DNA of 60,457 nt from the NCBI GenBank assembly GCA_017548825.1, contig JAFYZG010000165.1, forward strand, positions 1 to 60,457, in the 5' to 3' direction. A program made the position numbers and the translations under genes. Shown here piece after piece: positions 36,357 through 45,472 of this stretch. The notes below the pieces were generated by a model. That model searched no databases. It was not told the DNA's origin and saw nothing but the letters and a program-made list of their open reading frames with translations. Each line of letters starts with the position of its first letter. Position 1 is the stretch's first letter. The DNA comes from Oscillospiraceae bacterium (GTDB taxonomy: Bacteria; Bacillota; Clostridia; Oscillospirales; Ruminococcaceae).

Positions 36357-38297
36357 TTGCAGATGGAAAAGAAGCCCTATTATATTACGACTGCGATCGC
36401 GTATGCATCCGCAAAGCCTCATATCGGAAACACGTATGAGATCGTTCTGGCGGACGCTATCGCCCGTTTCCGCAGGGAACAGGGATATGACGTGAGATTC
36501 CAGACGGGAACCGATGAGCATGGCGAGAAGATCGAACAGAAAGCCATTGCTGCTGGAATGTCACCGAAGGAATACGTCGACCAGGTCGCCGGTGTGATCA
36601 GGGATATCTGGGATCTGATGGACACGACATACGACAGATTCATCAGGACCACGGACGAGGATCACGAAGAGCAGGTGCGGAAGATGTTCCGCAAGATGTA
36701 CGAGAAGGGCGACATCTACAAAGGCTACTACGAAGGCTGGTACTGCACGCCCGACGAGTCTTTCTGGACCGACTCACAGGTCGTGGACGGAAAGTGTCCC
36801 GAATGCGGCCGTCCTGTCGTGCGCGCAAAGGAAGAAGCATATTTCTTCCGTATGAGCAAATATGCCGACCGACTCATTGAGCATATAAACACACACCCCG
36901 AATTCATCCAGCCCGTATCCAGGAAGAATGAGATGATGAACAACTTCCTGCTTCCGGGACTGCAGGATCTCTGCGTGTCCAGAAGCTCCTTCAAGTGGGG
37001 CATTCCGGTGGACTTCGACGAGGGACATGTGGTCTACGTGTGGCTGGATGCGCTCAGCAACTATGTGACCGGGCTTGGTTATGATGCTGACGGAAACAAC
37101 GGCGAACTGTACGAAAAATACTGGCCTGCCGATCTGCACCTGATCGGAAAAGACATAGTAAGGTTCCATACCATATACTGGCCGATCTTCCTGATGAGCC
37201 TGGATATTCCGCTGCCCAAGCAGGTGTTCGGACACCCGTGGCTGCTGATGTCCGGAGGAAAGATGTCCAAGTCCACCGGCAATGTCATGTATGCCGATGA
37301 TCTGGTGGAACTTTTCGGAGTTGACGCGATAAGGTATTTCGTCCTTCACGAGACTCCGTTTGAGAACGACGGGACCATCACGTGGGATCTGATCACCGAG
37401 AGAGTGAACACGGATCTGGCCAACATACTCGGAAACCTCGTCAACAGGACGATCGCGATGACCAACAGGTATTTCGGCGGAGTCGTCGAAGATGCCGGGG
37501 CTCAGGTGGATCCCGATGCCGAGTTCAAGGATACGATCCTCTCCAGTGTCGCCAAGGTCCAGGAAAAGATGGATGTGCTGCGTGTTGCGGACGCGATCTC
37601 CGCGATATTCGAGATATTCCGCCGCTGCAACAAGTACATAGATGAGACGGAACCCTGGAAGCTTGCGAAGGAGCCTGAGAGTGCCGCAAGGCTTAAGACT
37701 GTGCTCTATAATCTTGTTGAAGGCATCGTAATCGGCGCTTCACTGCTGAAGAGCTTCATGCCGTCCACATCCGACAAGATCCTCAGCCAGCTGAACGCTG
37801 AGCACCGCAGCCTGGATAGCATGACCGAGTTCGGTCTCTACCCCAGCGGAAACAAGGTCACCGACGCCCCTGAGATCCTGTTCGCCCGTCTTGATCCGGA
37901 AGTGATCACTGCTAAGGTCGGGGAGATACAGAAAAAGTACGCGGAACCTGAGCGTCCCAAGCTTGAGCATAAGGAGACCATCAGCATAGATGATTTCGGC
38001 AAGACCGAACTGCGGGTCTGCGAGGTGCTGGACTGCGAGAAGGTCCCGAAAGCGGACAAGCTGCTGAAGCTGACGCTGTTCGACGGAGAGAGAGAACGCA
38101 CAATCGTCTCCGGCATAGCCAAGCAGTATACTCCCGAAGACATGAAGGGGAAGAAGGTCATCTGCGTCGTCAACCTCGCACCGCATTCGTTCCGCGGCAT
38201 CGAGAGCGAAGGAATGCTCCTTGCCAGCGAGACGGACGGAGTGCCCAGGGTAGTCTTCGTGGATGCTGACGTGCCGGCAGGCAGCGAGATTCACTGA
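36357..38297 (+). CDS. metG: Methionyl-tRNA synthetase (with C-terminal tRNA-binding/EMAP domain)
   Basis: YITTAIAYASAKPHIGN (HIGH region), a KMSKS motif (GGKMSKSTGN), the Zn knuckle CPECGRP and a C-terminal Trbp111-like domain. The start is TTG 36357 or ATG 36363. Confidence 0.95.
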   Translation: MQMEKKPYYITTAIAYASAKPHIGNTYEIVLADAIARFRREQGYDVRFQTGTDEHGEKIEQKAIAAGMSPKEYVDQVAGVIRDIWDLMDTTYDRFIRTTDEDHEEQVRKMFRKMYEKGDIYKGYYEGWYCTPDESFWTDSQVVDGKCPECGRPVVRAKEEAYFFRMSKYADRLIEHINTHPEFIQPVSRKNEMMNNFLLPGLQDLCVSRSSFKWGIPVDFDEGHVVYVWLDALSNYVTGLGYDADGNNGELYEKYWPADLHLIGKDIVRFHTIYWPIFLMSLDIPLPKQVFGHPWLLMSGGKMSKSTGNVMYADDLVELFGVDAIRYFVLHETPFENDGTITWDLITERVNTDLANILGNLVNRTIAMTNRYFGGVVEDAGAQVDPDAEFKDTILSSVAKVQEKMDVLRVADAISAIFEIFRRCNKYIDETEPWKLAKEPESAARLKTVLYNLVEGIVIGASLLKSFMPSTSDKILSQLNAEHRSLDSMTEFGLYPSGNKVTDAPEILFARLDPEVITAKVGEIQKKYAEPERPKLEHKETISIDDFGKTELRVCEVLDCEKVPKADKLLKLTLFDGERERTIVSGIAKQYTPEDMKGKKVICVVNLAPHSFRGIESEGMLLASETDGVPRVVFVDADVPAGSEIH

Positions 38298-38309
38298 TAT
38301 AAACACAGG

Positions 38310-38342
38310 AAGGGAGATGTTCTGTCGGGACATCTCCCTTTT
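38310..38342 (+). terminator. Intrinsic terminator after metG (short U-tract)
   Basis: AAGGGAGATGT-loop-ACATCTCCCTT followed by only TT(GG). It ends 26 nt before the next start codon. Confidence 0.6.
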
Positions 38343-38368
38343 GGATAGATAACGGAGGACGAGAACCG

Positions 38369-40402
38369 ATGGCTGAAAAAGAATATGTGTTTGAGACGAC
38401 CGAGAAATACCTGAAGAAGCTGGACGGAGATCTGGCAGGAAGGACTTTCCGCCTGGCCATGGATAACGGCGAGGAATACCAGATACGGTTCCTGGACGGG
38501 GAGATCCTGGAATGGAGAAGAGAAGGAGAGCTGCTTCGCTGGGAGAAGTACGGATGCCTCAAGGCTGACGACAGCACGTTCTTCGTGGCATCCGTCCTCG
38601 GAGGAACTGAAGTATGCACCTGCGTCACCATGGTGATAGATGAGGAGAACAGCCTCGTGACTATGTGCATATCCAGACAGGGGATCCATCCCCTGCGGCC
38701 CAGACTGGCTGAGGTCGAGTATATCTTCGGGGCGATCAGGGTGCCCGGCAGACCGCTGCCTGAAAAGAGACACAGTTTCACCAGAGATCTGGTGGGGAAA
38801 AAGATCGTGTGGCACTATGCAAACGGTTTCATCAACACGCATATCTACCAGAGCGAGAGGTATTACAGGATCGTTCCCCTCACGGACACGAGGGCCCCGG
38901 AAGAGGTCGAAAGGGACAACAGGGAGATCGAGCTCGGACTGCGTCCCAGGGAGATGCTCTATGAAGAACCTGCCAGATTCATCCGGATCAAGGACGGCAT
39001 GTATCTGATCAGCTTCGTAGAGGACAACATGAACAGAGTCGATCCGGGCAGAGGCGGCAACAACATGATCGTCCTGGAGAACCTCAAGGGAGGCGTAGAC
39101 TGCGGAAGAACGTTCTCAGTAAACAGACAGGGCAGGCTGGAGCACGGTTTCTTCCGTGCTTACGGAGAACCGGTGGAGGAAGATTTCCCGATAGAGAATG
39201 AACCTACGCCATACAGGGTCACAGGAGAGAAAACGATGACTATAGCTGTGCTGGGTCCGGAGAGCAGCCTTAAGGCAAGGATCGTCTCCGAGGCGCTGCA
39301 CAGAGGTCATACTGTGACCGGTGATGCAGACACAGCAGATGCTGCAGTCGAGTTCCCGGACGGTGAGATAAAGATCACCCGGAACGGGCAGACAACGGTC
39401 ATGATCCTGCCCGAGAAAACGGATACGGACTACAGAAGGACCGGGTATTACCGGTTCGAAGACGGGAAAGCGCCGTATGCGGAAGAGGGAGATATAGCGA
39501 TGGCTGCTGTGGACATGGCGATGTCCTCCGATCCGGGAACCTTCTTTATAGCATCCGACAAGGTCAGCGAACTGCCCCAGGGATCTGACGGCAGAAGAAG
39601 ATATGTGGCGCAGACGCACAAGGGGATAGCCGGAAAGGTGTTCCATGTCGTGATGGACAGCATGGATGAGTTCGTCGTCCGGTTCCTGACGGATGAGCTG
39701 CTTGAGATGTCGTACAAAGGAGAATTCTTTGAAAAGCACGCCTGCAGCTGTATGGAGTGCGACGACGGGGTATGGTTCGTCACTGTCATGAGGGGAGAAG
39801 AATGCTTCACGATGGTGCTGGACACAGTTCAGGCTCTTGTCACAACAGTGACCACGTCTCTCTACCCCGGAAAGATGCAGATGGTCCGTCACAATATAGG
39901 ATTCGGTGCGATAGCTCAGGCAGGAAAAGACACCGGCCTCATGAGACACTGTTTCACGGAGGATCTGGTAGGTAAAAAAGTCACGTGGCATTACTCACCG
40001 TACGTCAGCATCACACACTGCTACATCTCCGAGAACTATATGAGGTCATCTCTCGGAAAGATGAAGCCGCTTCCTGAAGACGCTCCTGAGGAGGCGGTGT
40101 TCGATGCGATGGACCGCTACCGCAGATGGGGCAGCATCTTCTTCGAGGAGCCCTGTCAGTACATCAGGATCAACAAACATCTTTATGTCGTATGCACGGC
40201 AGAGACCAACAGAAACAGGGTCGATCCGCTGGAAGGCGGAGGTGCCATGGTATATGCCTTCAACACCAGAAGGATGCAGGATTACGGAAGAGGCTTCTTC
40301 ACGGGAATGGCAGAGACATATCCGAATCTTTTCTCGGTGTATGGGGAATGGGATGACGATGAGGATCCGATGGATACAGCAGAGAGCCCGTATAATATCT
40401 GA
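38369..40402 (+). CDS. Hypothetical protein: tandem duplication of a MoaF/PAD-like (calycin-type) double-barrel module
   Basis: GGAGG RBS at 38354-38358. Residues 21-283 and 419-677 are clearly homologous to each other. The family assignment is tentative and was done by eye. Confidence 0.8.
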   Translation: MAEKEYVFETTEKYLKKLDGDLAGRTFRLAMDNGEEYQIRFLDGEILEWRREGELLRWEKYGCLKADDSTFFVASVLGGTEVCTCVTMVIDEENSLVTMCISRQGIHPLRPRLAEVEYIFGAIRVPGRPLPEKRHSFTRDLVGKKIVWHYANGFINTHIYQSERYYRIVPLTDTRAPEEVERDNREIELGLRPREMLYEEPARFIRIKDGMYLISFVEDNMNRVDPGRGGNNMIVLENLKGGVDCGRTFSVNRQGRLEHGFFRAYGEPVEEDFPIENEPTPYRVTGEKTMTIAVLGPESSLKARIVSEALHRGHTVTGDADTADAAVEFPDGEIKITRNGQTTVMILPEKTDTDYRRTGYYRFEDGKAPYAEEGDIAMAAVDMAMSSDPGTFFIASDKVSELPQGSDGRRRYVAQTHKGIAGKVFHVVMDSMDEFVVRFLTDELLEMSYKGEFFEKHACSCMECDDGVWFVTVMRGEECFTMVLDTVQALVTTVTTSLYPGKMQMVRHNIGFGAIAQAGKDTGLMRHCFTEDLVGKKVTWHYSPYVSITHCYISENYMRSSLGKMKPLPEDAPEEAVFDAMDRYRRWGSIFFEEPCQYIRINKHLYVVCTAETNRNRVDPLEGGGAMVYAFNTRRMQDYGRGFFTGMAETYPNLFSVYGEWDDDEDPMDTAESPYNI

Positions 40403-40413
40403 AGTTACAGAAA

Positions 40414-40456
40414 AGACAGACTGCACAGAGCTTTTCAGGCTTTTTGCAGTCTGTCT
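40414..40456. terminator. Bidirectional terminator-like hairpin between convergent genes
   Basis: AGACAGACTGCA-19 nt loop-TGCAGTCTGTCT, flanked by an A-run and TCTTGTCTTCTC. Confidence 0.65.
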
Positions 40457-40474
40457 TCTTGTCTTCTCAGAATA

Positions 40475-41245
40475 TTACAGGCCAAAAACTCTTCTTGCGG
40501 TCCCGCTTGTGACCTCTATTATCTTCTCCGGGGTCTCGCCCTTAAGAGCGGCCATCTCGTCGACCACTGCGGAGATCATGTCGGAAGTGCATCTGGTTCC
40601 TCTGAAGGGAACAGGGCTGAGATAAGGACAGTCGGTCTCCAGTATGAAACAGTCCAGAGGAAGCGCCTTAACGGCGGCTTTCTCTTTCTTGGAGTTCTTG
40701 TATGTCAGTGCTCCGCCGATACCGAGCACAAGGCCGGACCTGACAGCTTCTTCCGCCATCTCCAGAGAACCGGAGAACCTGTGCAGACAGCCGGAAGGCC
40801 TGTATCTTCTGAAGTATTCTATTATGTCTCCGTGCGCGTCCCTGTCGTGGATCTCAACAGGCATGTTCATTTCTTTGGCAAGAATCAGCTGAGATTCGAA
40901 GACCTCGTGCTGTATCTCTCTGGACGGTTCAGGCCAGTAATAGTCGAGACCTATCTCCCCTATGGCAACGACTTTAGGTGACAGAGCCAGTTCTCTTATG
41001 CGGTCGAGCCAGTCATCCGGAAGATCCGCGGCATCCTCCGGATGTACGCCTACCGCGGCAAAGACATGGTCATATCTCCCGGCAAGCTCGATCGCGCGTA
41101 CGGAGGAAGCGATATCGGTCGCGTTCTCTATGATGGCGGAGATACCTGCTGTTTTGAGCCCGGAAAGAACGTCATCCCTGTCCTGATCGAAGGCACGGTC
41201 AAGATAATGTGCGTGTGTGTCGATGATACCGCTGTAGCAGTCCAT
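40475..41245 (-). CDS. tatD: TatD family metal-dependent hydrolase/DNase
   Basis: IIDTHAHY metal-binding motif, VEIHDRDAHGD, and LLETDCPYL-like ILETDCPYLSP. Confidence 0.93.
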   Translation of the reverse strand: MDCYSGIIDTHAHYLDRAFDQDRDDVLSGLKTAGISAIIENATDIASSVRAIELAGRYDHVFAAVGVHPEDAADLPDDWLDRIRELALSPKVVAIGEIGLDYYWPEPSREIQHEVFESQLILAKEMNMPVEIHDRDAHGDIIEYFRRYRPSGCLHRFSGSLEMAEEAVRSGLVLGIGGALTYKNSKKEKAAVKALPLDCFILETDCPYLSPVPFRGTRCTSDMISAVVDEMAALKGETPEKIIEVTSGTARRVFGL

Positions 41246-41257
41246 AAAGAACCTCCT

Positions 41258-41294
41258 AAAAAAGACACGGCAGAGAATTATCCTGACGTGTCTT
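41258..41294 (-). terminator. Intrinsic terminator after the lipoprotein gene, abutting the tatD RBS
   Basis: Minus strand: AAGACACG-loop-CGTGTCTT followed by TTTTTTAGGAGGT, where AGGAGG is the tatD SD. Confidence 0.65.
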
Positions 41295-41316
41295 TATATG
41301 TGTTTACGATAAGAGA

Positions 41317-41778
41317 TCACTTCAGATAGGAATCCACCAGTTTCTGCGCATCGGAGTCCTTGTCACAGGAAACGAAGATCACATAAACGCCCTTCTGTTC
41401 AATGACGGCATTGCTGATCCTGGGCAGTGATTCGGGACTGTAGGATTCGTAAGTGTTGTAGAGGGACTCCTGTCTCTTGACTATCTCTTCCTTGATCTTT
41501 TTGGCGTCGGATTCGCTCTTGCATGTGATTACGGCGAATTCTTCTCCGGTCGCGCCGGTGCCGATCTCATAGATGAAATCCTCGATGGAATCTGTGGTAA
41601 GGCCTACGACCTTTTTCACGACGCTCTCCGAAACAGGAGCAAGCGTGTCAAGGAACAGGTCAGCGTTTCTGATATCGTCAGCCAGTTTTGATGTGTCGAG
41701 GCTGAAGGAAGAACCGCAGGAGACCAGTGTTAAGGCAAGTACGGCGATGACGGCAATTGCGAGCGCTTTCTTAATCAA
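41317..41778 (-). CDS. Small lipoprotein (DUF4358-like, tentative)
   Basis: Signal peptide and lipobox LVSC|G. The body (GATGEEFAVITCKSESDAKKIKEEI...VIFVSCDKD) resembles the DUF4358 lipoprotein family common in Clostridia. Confidence 0.75.
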   Translation of the reverse strand: MIKKALAIAVIAVLALTLVSCGSSFSLDTSKLADDIRNADLFLDTLAPVSESVVKKVVGLTTDSIEDFIYEIGTGATGEEFAVITCKSESDAKKIKEEIVKRQESLYNTYESYSPESLPRISNAVIEQKGVYVIFVSCDKDSDAQKLVDSYLK

Positions 41779-42824
41779 TTCTCATAATCCTCCGGATCAA
41801 CAGTGTGAGTAGCGAGATATTTCCACCAGGCCTGTCCGCCGGTCTCGTTGATGTAGAAGCCGTTTGAAGAGTAGCTTCCGTTCAGAGAGCCGGAAGCGTC
41901 GGACATGCCGGAACAGCAGTCGACACAGTAGGCGGAATGCTTCTGCGCAACTGACATTATCATATCGTTGTATTCTTTGATGCGTGAATTCTTTATGTAG
42001 TTGTTTGAGTACTTGGCCTCGTCCACGGGAACGATATTCAGCAGGAAGATTGACGCGGCAGGCTGAAGTCTCTTTATCTCATCGATGAGCGCGTCATAGT
42101 CCTCTTCGAACACTTCCGGATATGACCAGCCGAGCTCATTCAGACCGAGGCAGATGTAGACTTTTCCGTAGGATCTCTCAGTAAGGGCGGAAGCGAAGGT
42201 CTGCTCGACTCCGTCTGAATCGACACAATCGTACGTCAGCGCGTTTGACACGTTGATCGCTGTTCCGTAAAGGACCTTGCTGAATGTTCCGATGTTGTAG
42301 GTGGGCAGCAGCTGTACCACTCTGGTGTCGCCGATGATGATCGCATTCTCAAAGAATGCTTCGTTCTCCGCAGTCTCCGGTGCGGGTCTGGTGTAATCGT
42401 AATACAGAGGGACTCTGTGCACGACGACTTCGTCGGACGGCAGCGGGCCCACATTCTCAGTGGTCACATACTTGCTCTGGATCGCTTTTGAGATCAGTTT
42501 CACCACGGGGATCAGAACGATCAGGCAGAGCAGGGCAAGGGCTATGATCCTGCGGATGAGATATTTATTCTTATTGCTCTTCTTCATAGACGTCACAGGC
42601 TTTCTGCGTTGCGGCTCTGAAGGAGCGGCCGGCTTTTCTTCCGGCGTTTCATTATCTTCGAAAACTTCGGAGAGCTCCTGTTCAGGGTCCGTAAACGGCT
42701 CATCAGAGGGAGTCCAGTCAAAGACGACCTCGTTTTCTGCGGCAAGAGCTTCCTCCCGCTCAAGATCAGCGGGGGGCTCACCCGGGTCGAATGTAAATAT
42801 CATTTTGTTCTCTTCGTTTTCCAT
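41775..42824 (-). CDS. Membrane-anchored SGNH/GDSL-like protein with substituted catalytic positions
   Basis: Acidic N-terminal cytoplasmic tail, one TM (IIALALLCLIVLIPVV), and an SGNH-like ectodomain (IIIGDTRV, CLGLNELG, NGFYINETG). I choose the start at MENEENK (ATG 42824). The stop overlaps the next gene's start. Confidence 0.75.
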   Translation of the reverse strand: MENEENKMIFTFDPGEPPADLEREEALAAENEVVFDWTPSDEPFTDPEQELSEVFEDNETPEEKPAAPSEPQRRKPVTSMKKSNKNKYLIRRIIALALLCLIVLIPVVKLISKAIQSKYVTTENVGPLPSDEVVVHRVPLYYDYTRPAPETAENEAFFENAIIIGDTRVVQLLPTYNIGTFSKVLYGTAINVSNALTYDCVDSDGVEQTFASALTERSYGKVYICLGLNELGWSYPEVFEEDYDALIDEIKRLQPAASIFLLNIVPVDEAKYSNNYIKNSRIKEYNDMIMSVAQKHSAYCVDCCSGMSDASGSLNGSYSSNGFYINETGGQAWWKYLATHTVDPEDYEN

Positions 42825-42932
42825 AGTTAAAATAATAGACCAAAGATGTGTATTTTTCAACAAAACGGCCATCTTCCGAAGGTGGACGGCGCAGAGAAAA
42901 GAAAGGAGAATCAGCCGATCAGCCGCGCATGC

Positions 42933-42962
42933 TTTACACTGAACATCTATTCTTATTATAAT
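42933..42962 (+). promoter_or_regulatory. Putative sigma-A promoter of lepA
   Basis: TTTACA (42933-42938), 18 nt, TATAAT (42957-42962). Confidence 0.5.
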
Positions 42963-42985
42963 AGGCATGCTTTAGGAGATTATAA

Positions 42986-44785
42986 ATGAACGATCACATC
43001 AGGAATTTTTCTATCATCGCTCACATCGATCACGGCAAATCGACTCTTGCCGACCGGTTTCTGGAGATCACCAACTCCGTGGATTCCAGGGAGATGAGAG
43101 GACAGATCCTTGACGGGATGGATCTCGAACAGGAGAGAGGCATCACCATCAAGGCCAGCGCGGTGACGATAGAGTATAAAGCAAAGAACGGGGAAGTTTA
43201 TGAGTACAATCTCATAGACACTCCGGGTCATGTCGACTTCAACTATGAGGTCTCACGGAGCCTTGCCGCGTGCGAAGGCGCGGTCCTCATCGTCGACGCG
43301 ACTCAGGGCGTGGAGGCCCAGACTCTGGCCAATGCCTATCTTGCGGTGGACAATGACCTGGAGATCCTTCCTGTGATCAACAAGATAGACCTTGTCTCGG
43401 CGGATCCCGACAGGTGCAAGCAGGAGCTGGAGGACTATGTCGGAATACCTGCGGACGATGCCCCGCTGATCTCCGCAAAACTGGGGACGAACGTGGAGGA
43501 GGTGCTTGAGCGCATCGCCTCTGACTTCCCGCCTCCCGGCGGTGACGAGAACGCGCCGCTCAAATGTCTGATCTTCGACTCCGCGTATGACAGCTACAAG
43601 GGCGTGATAGTCTATGTCCGCGTCTACGACGGAACGGTAAAAGCCGGGGACCGCATCAGGATGATGGACACCGGCGCTGAGTTCCAGGTCGTTGAAGTCG
43701 GCAGAATGAGAGCTCTGTTCCACGAGCCCTGCGACTGCCTGTCAGCGGGTGAGGTCGGTTACATCACCGCAAGCATCAAGAGAGTCGCGGATACCAGGGT
43801 AGGAGATACCGTTACCTCCGCCGAAAGACCATGCGACAGTCCGCTTCCCGGATACAGGAAGGTCATGCCCATGGTGTTCTGCGGGATATATCCTGCGGAC
43901 GGAGCTGACTATGAGTCCCTCAAGGATGCTCTCGCGAAATTGTCGCTCAACGACGCATCGCTCTCATATGAACCGGAGACTTCCGGCGCTCTGGGATTCG
44001 GTTTCAGATGCGGATTCCTCGGACTGCTGCACCTGGAGGTCATCACCGAGAGACTGGAGAGGGAATTCGATCTGGATCTTGTGACCACGGTGCCGAGCGT
44101 CGTATACAGGATAACGCTGAATACGGGAGAAGTGATCGAGATAGACAACCCGACGTCCTATCCGGATCCCGCTACGATCGCAAAGACCGAAGAACCCGTA
44201 GTGGATGCTCATATCCTCTCGCCGACAGATTATGTCGGCGCCATAATGGATCTCTGTCAGAGACGCAGAGGGACATTCATCGACATGAACTACATAGACA
44301 AGACAAGGGTGGATCTCCACTACGAGCTCCCTCTTGCCGAGATCATATACGATTTCTTCGATGCTCTTAAGAGTAAGACAAGAGGATATGCATCGCTTGA
44401 CTATGAGATAAAGGGATACAGGGAGAGCAAGCTCGTCAAGCTCGATTTCCTGATAGCAGGAGAACAGGTGGACGCCCTTTCGTTCATAATCTTTGCAGAC
44501 GACGCATACTCAAGGGGAAGAAAGACTGCGGAGCGCCTCAAGGAGTATATCCCCAGGCAGTTGTTCGAAGTTGCCATCCAGGCCGCGGTGGGCGGAAGGA
44601 TCATAGCGAGGGAGACGGTCAAGGCACTGAGGAAAGATGTCCTTGCGAAGTGCTACGGAGGAGATATATCGAGGAAGAAGAAACTGCTGGAGAAACAGAA
44701 AGAGGGAAAGAAGAGGATGCGCAAGTTCGGATCCGTCGAGGTCCCGAGCGAAGCTTTCACGGCAGTGCTCAAACTTGATGACTGA
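42986..44785 (+). CDS. lepA: Elongation factor 4 (LepA)
   Basis: [32 protein letters not shown], and the LepA-specific C-terminal domain. Confidence 0.97.
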   Translation: MNDHIRNFSIIAHIDHGKSTLADRFLEITNSVDSREMRGQILDGMDLEQERGITIKASAVTIEYKAKNGEVYEYNLIDTPGHVDFNYEVSRSLAACEGAVLIVDATQGVEAQTLANAYLAVDNDLEILPVINKIDLVSADPDRCKQELEDYVGIPADDAPLISAKLGTNVEEVLERIASDFPPPGGDENAPLKCLIFDSAYDSYKGVIVYVRVYDGTVKAGDRIRMMDTGAEFQVVEVGRMRALFHEPCDCLSAGEVGYITASIKRVADTRVGDTVTSAERPCDSPLPGYRKVMPMVFCGIYPADGADYESLKDALAKLSLNDASLSYEPETSGALGFGFRCGFLGLLHLEVITERLEREFDLDLVTTVPSVVYRITLNTGEVIEIDNPTSYPDPATIAKTEEPVVDAHILSPTDYVGAIMDLCQRRRGTFIDMNYIDKTRVDLHYELPLAEIIYDFFDALKSKTRGYASLDYEIKGYRESKLVKLDFLIAGEQVDALSFIIFADDAYSRGRKTAERLKEYIPRQLFEVAIQAAVGGRIIARETVKALRKDVLAKCYGGDISRKKKLLEKQKEGKKRMRKFGSVEVPSEAFTAVLKLDD

Positions 44786-44863
44786 TCTGTATCAGGTATA
44801 ACAGCGGATCAACAGCCGGCAGGAGTCTCCTGCCGGCCGGTGACGCATGCACAGGAGAGTTGT

Positions 44864-45472
44864 ATGTTTTCACGTTTGTTTCAGAAAAGCGGAGTGTCAT
44901 GGATCGTAGCCGGCCTCGGGAATCCGGACAGCAAATACGAGGGTACCCGCCATAACATGGGATTCATTGCCATGGATCATATAGCGGAAAAGAAAGGGAT
45001 CTCCGTTACAAGAGCCAAATTCAGATCTCTGACCGCCCTCAAAAAAGAGGAATGCGGTCAGGTGCTCTATATGAAACCGCTGACCTACATGAACAGATCC
45101 GGAGATGCCATAGGTGAGGCTGCCAGATTCTACAAAGTGCCGGCGGATCACGTGATAGTGATCTGCGACGACATCACCCTCCCGGCAGGGACCATAAGGA
45201 TCAGGGCCAAGGGAGAGGCCGGCGGGCACAACGGCCTGAAGAGCATTATCTCCGCGCTGGGGAGCAGCATGTTCCCCCGCATTAAAGTCGGAGTGGGAAA
45301 CGGGGCGCCTTCCGGTGATGAGCTTATCGACTTCGTTCTGGGAAAGCCTAACGAGGAAGATCTCAAGGCTATAATGAGCAGGATGGATGATATCTTCTCG
45401 TCACAGGAACTGATAAAGGAAGGACAGCTGGAACTTGCGCAGAGCAGGTACAACAAAGGAAAAAGCGAATGA
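44864..45472 (+). CDS. pth: Peptidyl-tRNA hydrolase
   Basis: IVAGLGNPDSKYEGTRHNMGF signature. AGGAGA RBS lies before the ATG at 44864. Confidence 0.93.
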   Translation: MFSRLFQKSGVSWIVAGLGNPDSKYEGTRHNMGFIAMDHIAEKKGISVTRAKFRSLTALKKEECGQVLYMKPLTYMNRSGDAIGEAARFYKVPADHVIVICDDITLPAGTIRIRAKGEAGGHNGLKSIISALGSSMFPRIKVGVGNGAPSGDELIDFVLGKPNEEDLKAIMSRMDDIFSSQELIKEGQLELAQSRYNKGKSE

